DNA of 64,000 bases from Bacteroidia bacterium (GCA_030426765.1 JAUHXV010000009.1:10633-74632), one strand, 5' to 3'. Counted from the stretch's first letter, positions 54,622 through 64,000 are shown. Notes: generated by a model not told the origin, from the letters alone. Numbers and translations are program-made.

Positions 54622-54960
54622 ATGGATGCGCAAAAAGTAGACATGTTTATCATGAGCAACAGCAAGTTTTTTGAAACCAACCATCTGGCATGGGTCAGAG
54701 AGCAATTGGTGCAGCTGGATGATGAACGTTGGCCTGCCCTTCAAATGGTACAATTTAAAGACCCGACCACATACCTCATTATTTCCCTTCTCGGAGGAAG
54801 TCTTGGCATTGACCGCTTTCTGCTCGGTGATACCGGCATGGGTATTGGGAAACTTCTCACATGCGGCGGCCTTGGTATCTGGACGATCATTGACTGGTTT
54901 ATGATCATGCCGGCTACGCGCGAAAAAAATATGCAGCAGTTTCAAAGTGTGCTTGCATAG
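54622..54960 (+). CDS. TM2 domain-containing protein
   Basis: LLGGSLGIDRFLLGDTGMGIGKLLTCGGLGIWTIIDWFMI. Confidence 0.8.
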   Translation: MDAQKVDMFIMSNSKFFETNHLAWVREQLVQLDDERWPALQMVQFKDPTTYLIISLLGGSLGIDRFLLGDTGMGIGKLLTCGGLGIWTIIDWFMIMPATREKNMQQFQSVLA

Positions 54961-54969
54961 CCACCTGCC

Positions 54970-55377
54970 ATGAGTAGGAATAAACTCTATATCCCCATCC
55001 TCATCTTTTGTCTGGGAGGACTTTTTTGGATCAAGTATCATATGCCCCAGGGTGGACACACCCCGCATGTCACGGTATGTCCGGTTAAAAAAGTAACCGG
55101 TCTGCCTTGTCCATCCTGTGGGTCTACACGTGCAGTCGTGTCGCTTGTGCAGGGTGATGTTAAAAAGTCTTTTCTAGAAAATCCCATCGGCATTTTACTG
55201 GTGTCCCTGATCGTACTGGGGCCCCCATGGATCGTATGGGATTTTCTGTCCGGCAATGCTACCTTCTTGTATTGGTATGAACGAACAGAAGCATTTATCC
55301 GGCGGCGTAGTGTAGCCATTGTGCTGATCGGACTCGTGGTGATCAACTGGATATGGAATATTGTCAAAGGCCTATGA
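54970..55377 (+). CDS. DUF2752 domain-containing membrane protein
   Basis: CPVKKVTGLPCPSCGSTRA motif. Confidence 0.75.
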   Translation: MSRNKLYIPILIFCLGGLFWIKYHMPQGGHTPHVTVCPVKKVTGLPCPSCGSTRAVVSLVQGDVKKSFLENPIGILLVSLIVLGPPWIVWDFLSGNATFLYWYERTEAFIRRRSVAIVLIGLVVINWIWNIVKGL

Positions 55378-55805
55378 GATTTCACGCTACTTTCGATTAC
55401 GTGCCTGCGGAACATGAAGCGGAGCGGGCATCCAACAGCTATCTGATGTCGCTGATTGCGGTGATGGCTGGGTTGCCACTACCCATCATCAATCTCATCG
55501 CCACTCTCATTTTTTTTCTGGGTAACCGCAAGGGCACATACTTTGTAAGGTGGCATTGCACACAGGCTTTGCTCTCCCAACTCTCATTGCTGATGATCAA
55601 TACGGTGAGCTTCTGGTGGACCGTATCAATACTGTTTCGTGATGGTGTAGTGACCAACCCCTATATTTCCTACATGATCACCGTGGTGCTGTTTAACCTT
55701 ATCGAACTGATTGCCACGATTTATACAGCGATCGAAACGCGCAAAGGGCATCACGTAGCATGGTGGTTTTACGGTGATCTCACGGATATGATTTGTAAAA
55801 AATAA
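55374..55805 (+). CDS. DUF4870-like membrane protein
   Basis: ERASNSYLMSLIAVMAGLPLPIINLIATLIFFLGNRKGTYFVRWHCTQALLSQLSL. ATGA start/stop overlap with the preceding gene. Confidence 0.55.
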   Translation: MRFHATFDYVPAEHEAERASNSYLMSLIAVMAGLPLPIINLIATLIFFLGNRKGTYFVRWHCTQALLSQLSLLMINTVSFWWTVSILFRDGVVTNPYISYMITVVLFNLIELIATIYTAIETRKGHHVAWWFYGDLTDMICKK

Positions 55806-55806
55806 C

Positions 55807-56607
55807 ATGAGAAAACTCTTCCTTCAGTCTCTGGTGATCGTTGCCTCGTTTTTTATGACCTGGCTGCTCGTCAGTCGTGTAGACTGGATGGATATTTTTA
55901 ATGTGCGGGAAAACACCAATCGGCTCGAGCGTAAACTGGGTGATCTCTACTGGGAGTTTTTTAATAAAACCGAAAAAGAAATCCTGGATCACGAGATCGT
56001 CACCCCTCTTGATCAATTGCTGTCCGCACTGTGTGAAGCTAATAACATCCCCCGCGATGAAATTAAACTGCACATTGTGGATCGGGAAGAAATCAATGCC
56101 TTTGCACTTCCCGACAATCACATCGTAGTCTTTTCCGGATTGATTCGGGAAAGTGAAAATGAGGCCGAACTCTGCGGTGTGCTGGCGCATGAATTGGCAC
56201 ACCTGGAATTGGGACATCTGATGCGCAAACTCGTGAGAGAGGTGGGTCTGTCAGTACTCATTTCGATGTCTGCCGGAAGTGGCAGTCCGGGAATGATCAA
56301 GCAGGCCATGCAAGTGCTTACATCCTCAGCGTTTGATCGACAACTCGAGCGTGATGCCGATCAGAAGGCAGTACAATATCTTGTCAACACCAAGCTTCAT
56401 CCGGAAGGCCTGGCTAACTTTCTGTATAAAATGTCCACCACCGAAAATCGAATTCCCGATCAATTGTTTTGGCTAAGTACACATCCCGGAGGTGAAGAAC
56501 GAGCCATGGATATTCTGAAAGAAGCAGAAGGTATGACCATCGAAGAGGAAAAAATCCTTTCCGATGATGCATGGGATGAACTCCAGGCACAATTGGAGGA
56601 GTTGTAA
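55807..56607 (+). CDS. M48 family metallopeptidase
   Basis: LAHELAHLELGH (HExxH) after an N-terminal TM segment. Starts 1 nt after the preceding stop. Confidence 0.8.
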   Translation: MRKLFLQSLVIVASFFMTWLLVSRVDWMDIFNVRENTNRLERKLGDLYWEFFNKTEKEILDHEIVTPLDQLLSALCEANNIPRDEIKLHIVDREEINAFALPDNHIVVFSGLIRESENEAELCGVLAHELAHLELGHLMRKLVREVGLSVLISMSAGSGSPGMIKQAMQVLTSSAFDRQLERDADQKAVQYLVNTKLHPEGLANFLYKMSTTENRIPDQLFWLSTHPGGEERAMDILKEAEGMTIEEEKILSDDAWDELQAQLEEL

Positions 56608-56638
56608 TTGATTTTCAGGCATAGTTTTTTATTTTAGA

Positions 56639-56677
56639 GACCATACCAGCAAATCGGTATGGCTTAGTTTTTATTTT
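56639..56677 (+). terminator. probable rho-independent terminator
   Basis: ccatacc-loop-ggtatgg stem followed by the T-rich cttagtttttatttt. Confidence 0.55.
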
Positions 56678-56694
56678 CAAACAACATTTCACAT

Positions 56695-57147
56695 ATGCAA
56701 TCAGACGCAAAGACACCTCAGGAATATATCGATGGTCTCCCGGAAGAACGCAAAGCCATCATTTCAAAATTGCGTAAAGTGATCCTGAAAAATCTTCCGA
56801 AAGGATTTGAAGAACAAATGAACTACGGTATGCTGGGCTATGTCGTACCCCACAAGTTGTACCCTCCGGGATATCATGTCAATCCCGAACTCCCATTGCC
56901 TTTTATCGCTTTGGCCTCTCAGAAAAACCATATTGCCTTTTATCACTCAGGCCTGTATGCGGGAAGACATCTCAAATGGTTTGAAAAAGAATGGGGCAAA
57001 CATTCCGATAAAAAGCTGAACATGGGCAAAAGCTGTGTTCGGTTTAGAAAGCCTGAAGATGTCACCGTAGAATTGTTGGGAGAGCTATGTACCAAGATCA
57101 CACCTCAGGAGTGGATTGATATTTATGAAAAAAACCTGAAAGGGTAG
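56695..57147 (+). CDS. DUF1801 (YdhG-like) domain protein
   Basis: TPQEYIDGLPEERKAIISKLRKVILKNLP and downstream pattern. Confidence 0.65.
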   Translation: MQSDAKTPQEYIDGLPEERKAIISKLRKVILKNLPKGFEEQMNYGMLGYVVPHKLYPPGYHVNPELPLPFIALASQKNHIAFYHSGLYAGRHLKWFEKEWGKHSDKKLNMGKSCVRFRKPEDVTVELLGELCTKITPQEWIDIYEKNLKG

Positions 57148-57269
57148 CGCTCTTTATCCCACGCCATAAGTATAAGCGTTCGGTTTAAGCACAACAAATA
57201 CACGAGTCCGGTTGATCCAATTTGTTGGTTTTGACAAATTCGGGTATAAAATTTGTACTGCACCGGGGT

Positions 57270-58079
57270 ATGAGCGTAAGCTTTCCTGTTCGAGTACTGG
57301 CTTTATTCGTCCTGCTGACTTGTGCATCAACCCTTGATGCGCAGATTGTCAATATTGAAAGTCAACGTATCAGAACGGACACGACAGGTTTTTTTGGCGG
57401 ACTCTACTTCAGTTTTGCGGGATCAAAAACCACCAAATCCATCATCGCGTTTGGCGCCGGCGCTTTTCTCGAATACAAACCGGTCAGAAAAAAAGACCAC
57501 AACTATAGTCGGGATCTCTGGTTGTTTATCACAGACTTTGATCTGGTCAGCGGAGATAATGAGAAGTTTACCAACTCGGGATTTGGTCATCTGCGATTTA
57601 TCCGAAAACTTGGAAGAGATTACAGCAAACTGGGTAATCACGTACGCTGGGAAGTGTTTTCGCAGATACAGTATAACGGCCTGACTAAAATCGGGACCCG
57701 GAGGTTGTTTGGAACCGGACCGCGTATCAAACTCACAGATTCTGAAGTTTCAAAATTCTATCTGGGCATTGCGTATATGTATGAATATCAGGAACTCATT
57801 GAACCGACTATATATTTAAATGAGCATCGGATGTCCAGTTATTTTAGCTTTACGCTGCTGCCGGAAGAGACCGTGACTTTTGTGAGTACCACTTACTTTC
57901 AGCCGGTGATCAACAACACGAATGATTATCGATTCAGCAATGAAACATCCCTGATGCTGAACATTACGAAACAATTCACCTTTTCTTTTGCATTCAACTA
58001 CAATTTCAATTCCACTCCTCCGGAAGATGTACCGAGCAGCACCTATTATTTCCGAAACAGAGTCGCATATAATTTCTAA
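57270..58079 (+). CDS. outer-membrane beta-barrel protein, DUF481-like
   Basis: Signal peptide, alternating beta-strand pattern, C-terminal aromatic residue (YNF). Confidence 0.45.
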   Translation: MSVSFPVRVLALFVLLTCASTLDAQIVNIESQRIRTDTTGFFGGLYFSFAGSKTTKSIIAFGAGAFLEYKPVRKKDHNYSRDLWLFITDFDLVSGDNEKFTNSGFGHLRFIRKLGRDYSKLGNHVRWEVFSQIQYNGLTKIGTRRLFGTGPRIKLTDSEVSKFYLGIAYMYEYQELIEPTIYLNEHRMSSYFSFTLLPEETVTFVSTTYFQPVINNTNDYRFSNETSLMLNITKQFTFSFAFNYNFNSTPPEDVPSSTYYFRNRVAYNF

Positions 58080-58191
58080 TTCGCTGGCTGTCAGGAATTC
58101 ACTTATTACGCTTTTTTAATTGTCAGCATATCGTGTTGCTCATAGGGTCTGATCAAGGGGATCAGGGCCAAATGTTAAAATTTCCTTAAAA

Positions 58192-58252
58192 TACGAAGAG
58201 CTTCGTACTAAATGCCCGGATTCCTCTATTATTGTGTACGAAACACTTCGTA
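58192..58252 (+). promoter_or_regulatory. two TACGAA-N4-TTCGTA inverted repeats, candidate BlaI-family operators
   Basis: tacgaagagcttcgta at 58192-58207 and tacgaaacacttcgta at 58237-58252. The second ends 4 nt before the repressor ATG 58257. Confidence 0.6.
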
Positions 58253-58256
58253 TATC

Positions 58257-58652
58257 ATGATGAAAGAAAATATTCAACCCACACAGGCCGAACTGGAGAT
58301 TCTGCAGATTCTCTGGAAGAAAGGTCCCAGCACCGTAAGGGAGGTCAATGAGAGACTCAACGATAGTCAGGAGAAATCCATCGGCTATACGACTACCCTG
58401 AAGATCATGCAGATCATGTTTGAAAAAAACCTGCTCTCGCGCAACGATTCGCAACGCACGCACGTCTATGCTGCAGAGGTCAGAGAGGGAAACATTCAGT
58501 CCGCTCTGCTCGACCGCTTTTTGCAGGCCGCCTACAAAGGCTCTGCCTCTAAGCTGGCCCTGCACCTGCTTGGCAACCATAAGACAACGCCTGATGAGCT
58601 CGCAGAAATTAAAGCCCTGATCGATCAACTCGAAAAAAATAAACCGTCATGA
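58257..58652 (+). CDS. BlaI/MecI/CopY family transcriptional repressor
   Basis: AELEILQILWKKGPSTVREVNERL...GYTTTLKIMQIMFEKNLL winged-helix pattern. Start trimmed to ATG 58257. Confidence 0.85.
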   Translation: MMKENIQPTQAELEILQILWKKGPSTVREVNERLNDSQEKSIGYTTTLKIMQIMFEKNLLSRNDSQRTHVYAAEVREGNIQSALLDRFLQAAYKGSASKLALHLLGNHKTTPDELAEIKALIDQLEKNKPS

Positions 58653-60697
58653 ATCTCAATCTAACCTGGATGGAATCTGAATGGGCACAGGCTCTCGGAT
58701 GGACTTTTGTCCATTCAATATGGCAAATCGCCCTCATTGGCCTGGCCCTATTTATCGTACTGCGCTACATCCCCAAACGAAAGGCAAATTTGCGTTACAC
58801 CCTATCAACCCTTGCGCTATGGCTAATCGTTTGTACAACCTTGTCAACCTTCCTGGTGATGTTGCCGGGAAAAGGGACTATCCTGGAGACAGCCGGTGAA
58901 TATATTTTTGTGCAAGGCTCAACTACCCTTTCTTTTTCCGATCAGATATCAGCCTGGATCGAAAGACATCTGCCGGTCATGCTGACTGTTTGGGCCGGTG
59001 GTGTTGCGATATTGATGATTCGCCTGCTCTTTAGTCTTAGCTGGGTGCGTCATATCCGGAAATCCACAAAACATGAACCCGCTATACAGGACGCCCTGAA
59101 CGCAATCGTTGAGCGCCTTAAGCTCAAAATCAAACCGGAGGCCGGCAGCAGTCCATTTGTCTCTTCCCCGGTGACTATCGGACACCTTAAGCCCCTGGTG
59201 TTGTTTCCTATAGGGATTCTCAATCAGCTGTCTCCGGCAGACGTCGAAGCTATTTTGACGCACGAACTCGCGCACATCGTTCGAAAGGACTATCTGTCAA
59301 ACCTGGTGCAGTCATTTATTGAAACGCTCTTCTATTATCATCCGATCACCTGGTGGATCTCTGCTGTAGTCAGATCGGAAAGAGAAAACCGAGCGGATGA
59401 TCTTGCTATTGCCTGGTGTGGCGATCACCTTGGATATGCCAAAGCCCTGATGACCGTCCAGGAAATTCAGGTGACCCAGGGACCATCGCTGGCCATAGGC
59501 TTCGCCTCCCGAAAAGGCGCTATGCTGGCGCGCATTAAACGCATTCTCAACGTACCATATAAAAATCACAATCAAATGGAAAAAACAGTTCTTCTCAGCC
59601 TGACCACGCTTTGCTTCCTGGCCTTTTCACTGACCAGCCATACGACAACCGACAAGCCGTCAAAGGATGAAGTGACCGTTGTGACCGACATCATCCTCAC
59701 CGAAGCTGTAGCGGACTCTATTCCCGCCAAAGGAACTTACCGCCTGCATAAAAAAACCGAAGAGCAGGATATCAGTGTCGAAGTGGAAGATGGTGCCATC
59801 AAACAACTCAAGGTAGACGGCGAAGAAGTTGAGCCTGCAGAATACGGCCGGTACGATATTGTAGTCAACGAATTGTTTGGCAATATCCGCGCCCCAAAAT
59901 CAGCACATGAATTTCATTTCGAAATGCCGGATGTGCCTGCAGCACTTTACGAATATGATTTCGATTTCGAGATGCCCCCCATGCCCGCTATGCCGGAATT
60001 GCCCGAAATGCCTGAATTTGAATACTTCATGGACGGGAATGCTTTCATCCTGGATGGAGCCCCTACCGGAGACATCAAAGTCATCACACGCGGCGCAGAT
60101 GGAGACAACGAAGAGATCATCATCATGATCAATGGCGATACCACGATTCATGAGATTAAGTCCGGCAACTACTTTAAGATGAATGATGATTATTTCAAGG
60201 AATACAAATTGCAGTGGGAAGAAAACGCGGAGGAATGGAAAGAAATGGGTGAGCGCTATCGCGAAGCTATGCGCATAGAACGTGATGCAGCCCGCGATCG
60301 TGACGACGAAATCCGCTATGAGATCAGAAGTAGAAACAAAGAACTGGAAGAAGCAGAAAAAATGCTGCAATATGATATCAGAAGGCAGCAGGGGGATGTG
60401 GAAAGAAGCCAGCGGATCATTGAGGAGATGTACGAGCTTGAAAGTACTTCACCTGAACTGTTCCAATTGCGTTCACACCGACTCAGCCTCAGTGAGGAAA
60501 TGGTGAACGACGGTCTGGTAGAGCCCGGAGAAGAAATTGAAATCCAGTTGACCCCGGACAAACTCAAAATCAATGGAAAGAAAATGCCGGATGAGGTGCA
60601 CCAGAAATACCTGGAGATGTATGAAAAGAAGCAGGGTGTGGAATTGTCCGGTAAATCCAGAGTAGAGTTTACGACCAAAAGTAAACAACGCCTGTAA
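58649..60697 (+). CDS. M56 family (BlaR1-like) membrane metallopeptidase/signal transducer with long acidic coiled-coil C-terminal region
   Basis: THELAHIVRKDY (HExxH) in the TM region. ATGA overlap with the repressor gene. Confidence 0.8.
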   Translation: MNLNLTWMESEWAQALGWTFVHSIWQIALIGLALFIVLRYIPKRKANLRYTLSTLALWLIVCTTLSTFLVMLPGKGTILETAGEYIFVQGSTTLSFSDQISAWIERHLPVMLTVWAGGVAILMIRLLFSLSWVRHIRKSTKHEPAIQDALNAIVERLKLKIKPEAGSSPFVSSPVTIGHLKPLVLFPIGILNQLSPADVEAILTHELAHIVRKDYLSNLVQSFIETLFYYHPITWWISAVVRSERENRADDLAIAWCGDHLGYAKALMTVQEIQVTQGPSLAIGFASRKGAMLARIKRILNVPYKNHNQMEKTVLLSLTTLCFLAFSLTSHTTTDKPSKDEVTVVTDIILTEAVADSIPAKGTYRLHKKTEEQDISVEVEDGAIKQLKVDGEEVEPAEYGRYDIVVNELFGNIRAPKSAHEFHFEMPDVPAALYEYDFDFEMPPMPAMPELPEMPEFEYFMDGNAFILDGAPTGDIKVITRGADGDNEEIIIMINGDTTIHEIKSGNYFKMNDDYFKEYKLQWEENAEEWKEMGERYREAMRIERDAARDRDDEIRYEIRSRNKELEEAEKMLQYDIRRQQGDVERSQRIIEEMYELESTSPELFQLRSHRLSLSEEMVNDGLVEPGEEIEIQLTPDKLKINGKKMPDEVHQKYLEMYEKKQGVELSGKSRVEFTTKSKQRL

Positions 60698-60818
60698 TTC
60701 GTCCGACCATTGCTACCGTCTATCGAATAAAGACCAGTTTAACTTGACATCTGAACCGAAACCGACTAATTTTTCATGCATAAAACCAATTCGTTTTAAC
60801 CTTTCAACCTTCTTTCTT

Positions 60819-61925
60819 ATGAAACATGCAAGTTTACTGATTGCCTTAATCGCGCTTTTTGGTTTGTCGGCCACAGCGCAGTCCGCAGCCCCGGAGGACA
60901 GCAAAACCAAACGTATTACGATCACCACCAAGAAAACAGACGATAACGGAAAAACCATTACGGAAACATGGATCGCAGAAGGCGATAATCCGGATCAGTT
61001 GCTCAAAGAAATGGCGATAGATCCGAGTGTGATGCAACAAGTGGACATAGACATCGATGTCGAAACGGAAGGCGAAGAGCGTCTGTTTTTGTTCCGCTCT
61101 GCCGGTGATAACGTCATCATTGAGGGTACACTCAACGAAGATGTGGATGAAGATGAGCAGGAACGAATCGTGATCATATCCAAAAACGCTGAAATGGACA
61201 ATGATCGGAAAATTGAGCATGTGTACACATGGACGTCCGATCACGCTCGCCCACATGCCGCTGTGTATCGTACAGCACACAAACAGGAATCCAACTGCGC
61301 AGCCCTGGGTGTGTACGCCCATAATCGCTCAGATGAATATGGTGCCACAATCAACCGCATCATTAAAGACAGCGGAGCGGAAGCAGCCGGTTTGCAGCAA
61401 GGTGATGTCATTAAAAAAATAGAAGAATTTGATGTCAGCGATTTTCAGTCACTTCACTTTGCCCTGGCAAATTTTCTGCCCGGCGATAAAGTGAATGTAG
61501 ATTACATGCGGGATGGTCAATACATGCACACCACAGCCGTATTGAAAAACTGGTCTGAAATACCCGGCCATGAATACAGGTCGAGATCCGATTGCGGAGA
61601 GCCTGAACCTCCAATAGAAACCACAAGAGATGAACCGGATGGTCCTACCGGATTGCATCAGATCCAGGCCCTCGAACTGGCAGATGCCCGAATCTATCCT
61701 AATCCAAGTGATGGTGTGTTTTCTCTTTCATTTACTCCGGAAGCAGGACCAGTATCCGTGACCATCTCGGATGTCAACGGTAAAGTGGTGTATGAAGATC
61801 ACCGTCTGGATGGTGCTGGTCTGTACACAAGAGATGTCAATATTTCGGATGTACCTACAGGCAACTATATCATCTCCGTGACACAGAACGGAAAAGTCTT
61901 TACACATCAGATATCAAAACAGTAA
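60819..61925 (+). CDS. secreted PDZ domain protein with T9SS C-terminal sorting domain
   Basis: GATINRIIKDSGAEAAGLQQGDVIKKIEEFDV (PDZ). C-terminal IYPNPSDGVFSLSF...GNYIISVTQNGKVFTHQISKQ. Start trimmed to the MKHASLLIALIALFGLSATAQS signal peptide. Confidence 0.7.
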   Translation: MKHASLLIALIALFGLSATAQSAAPEDSKTKRITITTKKTDDNGKTITETWIAEGDNPDQLLKEMAIDPSVMQQVDIDIDVETEGEERLFLFRSAGDNVIIEGTLNEDVDEDEQERIVIISKNAEMDNDRKIEHVYTWTSDHARPHAAVYRTAHKQESNCAALGVYAHNRSDEYGATINRIIKDSGAEAAGLQQGDVIKKIEEFDVSDFQSLHFALANFLPGDKVNVDYMRDGQYMHTTAVLKNWSEIPGHEYRSRSDCGEPEPPIETTRDEPDGPTGLHQIQALELADARIYPNPSDGVFSLSFTPEAGPVSVTISDVNGKVVYEDHRLDGAGLYTRDVNISDVPTGNYIISVTQNGKVFTHQISKQ

Positions 61926-61953
61926 ATGGTCTTCACAGAGTATTTATACGAAG

Positions 61954-61983
61954 AGCCGGAAGTGATCACTTTCGGCTTTTTTT
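61954..61983 (+). terminator. rho-independent terminator
   Basis: agccggaagt-gatc-actttcggct (10 bp including one G-U pair) followed by a T6 run. Confidence 0.8.
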
Positions 61984-62037
61984 ATGCCCTGTACAGTATG
62001 TCGCTAATGGGTTTTCGACGAATGCGGGAGCTGTAGA

Positions 62038-63084
62038 TTACACGGAGGGTTCCTGCTGACTTAAACAGTGAAAACTCCCGAGTCCCCAGATAATGTCCGT
62101 GGAGTCAATGCCCACCACTTCTCGATCCGGAAAACAGGTGGCCAGAATATCGATGGCTTCCTGATCCCGCTTAGATCGGAACGTGGGCATGATGACATGC
62201 TGATTGGAAATGTAAAAATTAGCATACGAAGCAGGGAGTCGCTGGCCTTCATAAAAGACCGCTTCAGGCATCGGCAGTTCAACAATATTCAATACCCGTC
62301 CATCTGCCAGCCGCATCTCTTCCAGTTGTTTGAGATTGCGTTTTAGCAAAGCATAGTTTTCATCACTCTTGTTGTGTTCGATGACGGTGATGACAGAGTC
62401 CTCATTAAAAAACCGGACGGTATCATCAATATGGCCATCCGTATCGTCGCCGATGATACCTTCATCTACCCAGAGGATTTGTTCAACCCCATAATAGTCG
62501 ATCAGGTATTGTTCGATTTCTCTTTTCGTGAGATGCGGATTACGATTGGGATTGAGCAGGCATGAAGTGGAAGTCAGGAGAGTACCGGCACAATTGAAAT
62601 CCACACTGCCGCCCTCCATGACGATCCCGGGATGATACACCGGCATATTATATGCTTCACCGATTCTCGTTGGGATGACATCGTCGAGATCAAAAGGTGG
62701 ATATTTTCCGCCCCACGCATTGTGCTTCCAATCCACGATTACTTTTTTCTGTTCAGCATCGGGGTTGATTAGAAATGCAGGTCCATGATCCCGACACCAG
62801 GCGTCATTGGTTGGGTGATGAAAAAAACGCACGCGATCGAGGTTGACCTGATGTTTGTCAAGAATCTCTTTTGCTTTTAGTTCCAGCTTCTCGTCGGCTA
62901 CATTGATGTGTACCCTTTCTCCTGCTGTGAGTGTTTTAACAAACAAGGCATAGGAAGGAAAAATCGAATCAATTTTCCCGGGCCAGGTGTCAGGATTGTG
63001 GGGCCAGCTCAGCCATGTAGCATCATGTGGCGCCCATTCTGCCGGAAAGAAATAACCAGCCGCGCGCGGCGTCATCTTATTCAT
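62038..63084 (-). CDS. aguA: agmatine deiminase
   Basis: FPAEWAPHDATWLSWPH N-terminal motif and C-terminal GSFHCLSQQEP catalytic Cys. Start trimmed to MNKMTPRA (cat at 63082-63084). Confidence 0.85.
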   Translation of the reverse strand: MNKMTPRAAGYFFPAEWAPHDATWLSWPHNPDTWPGKIDSIFPSYALFVKTLTAGERVHINVADEKLELKAKEILDKHQVNLDRVRFFHHPTNDAWCRDHGPAFLINPDAEQKKVIVDWKHNAWGGKYPPFDLDDVIPTRIGEAYNMPVYHPGIVMEGGSVDFNCAGTLLTSTSCLLNPNRNPHLTKREIEQYLIDYYGVEQILWVDEGIIGDDTDGHIDDTVRFFNEDSVITVIEHNKSDENYALLKRNLKQLEEMRLADGRVLNIVELPMPEAVFYEGQRLPASYANFYISNQHVIMPTFRSKRDQEAIDILATCFPDREVVGIDSTDIIWGLGSFHCLSQQEPSV

Positions 63085-63949
63085 CCAGGTATCGTTTGGT
63101 AATGGGTTTGTACGATTCAATACGCCGGTCGCGCAGGAATGGCCAGTGCGTCCGATAGGTATCGGTTTGTTTGGTGTCAATCTCCACGACCATGTTTTCT
63201 TCCTCCTCATGCGATGCCTGATGCAGAATGGAACCGAAAGGATTGGAAACAAAAGATCCGCCCCAGAATTTCATCCGTCCTTCCTGTTCGAAACCCACGC
63301 GGTTGACACTGACCACATGCACGCCATTGGCAACCGCATGACTGCGCTGAATCGTCTGCCAGGCATTGTATTGTTCGCGATTGGTCGCTTCATCCTGTGA
63401 CGTGGCCCATCCGATAGCCGTGGGGTAGAAGAGGATCTCCGCGCCCATGAGTGACGTGATGCGTGCGGCTTCCGGGTACCACTGATCCCAGCATATCAAA
63501 ACCCCAATCGTGGCAAACTTGGTTTTAAATGTTTTATAGCCGAGATCACCCGGTGTGAAATAAAATTTTTCGTAATAATTCGGATCATCCGGAATGTGCA
63601 TCTTTCTGTATTTGCCTAAATAGGTGCCATCCGCATCGAGTACAGCTGTAGTGTTGTGATACAATCCTTCAGCACGTTTTTCAAAGAGTGAAGCGATGAT
63701 CACTACACCTAATTCTTTCGCTACACTCGAAAGCGCATCTGTTGAAGGTCCCGGAATAGATTCCGCCAATAGGAAATTGTCATAATCCTCCTCATCACAG
63801 AAATACAGGGAGGTAAATAATTCCTGGAGACAGACTATCTGTGCACCTTGCTGTTGTGCGGATCGGATGCCGTCAATTGCTTTTGATAGGTTCTGGTCTT
63901 TTTGAGCCGAACAACTCATCTGCACAAGACCGATTTTTATTTTGCCCAT
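63077..63949 (-). CDS. aguB: N-carbamoylputrescine amidase (carbon-nitrogen hydrolase family)
   Basis: LICWDQWYPEAAR catalytic Cys context and the E-K-C triad pattern. Immediately upstream of aguA. Confidence 0.9.
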   Translation of the reverse strand: MGKIKIGLVQMSCSAQKDQNLSKAIDGIRSAQQQGAQIVCLQELFTSLYFCDEEDYDNFLLAESIPGPSTDALSSVAKELGVVIIASLFEKRAEGLYHNTTAVLDADGTYLGKYRKMHIPDDPNYYEKFYFTPGDLGYKTFKTKFATIGVLICWDQWYPEAARITSLMGAEILFYPTAIGWATSQDEATNREQYNAWQTIQRSHAVANGVHVVSVNRVGFEQEGRMKFWGGSFVSNPFGSILHQASHEEEENMVVEIDTKQTDTYRTHWPFLRDRRIESYKPITKRYLDE

Positions 63950-64000
63950 ACGCGTTGTGTTAGGACAAAAGTACTTGATTCCATTGTTTTATGTCGCTCT

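Noticed and set aside
1-64000. A search for a protein-coded defence, toxin-antitoxin, prophage or integrative element
   Set aside because: I found no integrase, transposase, recombinase, restriction or modification pair, nuclease-helicase cassette, cas, retron RT or phage structural genes among the ORFs. The lone NPPW methyltransferase has no partner endonuclease. I therefore make no such claim.
1-64000. tRNA, rRNA, tmRNA or riboswitch genes in the intergenic regions
   Set aside because: By eye I found no T-loop (GTTCRANYC) contexts with acceptor-stem pairing, no rRNA-like stretches, and no recognisable riboswitch cores (B12 box, TPP, SAM). A proper tRNAscan or Infernal run is still advisable.

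Overview
This 64 kb chromosomal segment is almost certainly from a Bacteroidota genome. Three things support that: eight proteins end in T9SS-type C-terminal sorting domains, several genes have TAnnTTTG -7 boxes upstream, and no Shine-Dalgarno sequences are visible. I support about 51 protein genes. Housekeeping genes include the prfA 3' end, galK, recA, a DEAD-box helicase, NifU/Nfu, RIC, LhgO-like, aguA-aguB and ugd-degT. The window is also rich in secreted or envelope peptidases (ACE-like M2, S1, M28, two M1, M48, M56/BlaR1). It contains several compact conserved clusters of unknown function: HYC_CC_PP-HMA-TonB receptor, TM2-DUF2752-DUF4870-M48, and thioredoxin-fold plus cytochrome c/copper monooxygenase. 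I saw no tRNA or rRNA genes, no CRISPR array or cas genes, and no transposase, integrase, restriction-modification or toxin-antitoxin genes. I therefore cannot point to a protein-coded defence or mobile system. The most unusual signal is non-coding. Nine long intergenic regions (about 3.9 kb in total) are built almost entirely from a shared vocabulary of short GC-rich hairpin modules, 7- and 8-bp tandem arrays and 144/224-bp tandem duplications. These modules recur between loci in different orders and orientations, like BIME/REP mosaics. Several hairpins keep perfect pairing while their stem sequences differ between copies (compensatory changes), which argues for selection on structure. Every function proposed for these elements is inference. 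Coordinates and repeat sequences were read directly from the window. Protein family calls rest on recognised motifs, not on database searches.
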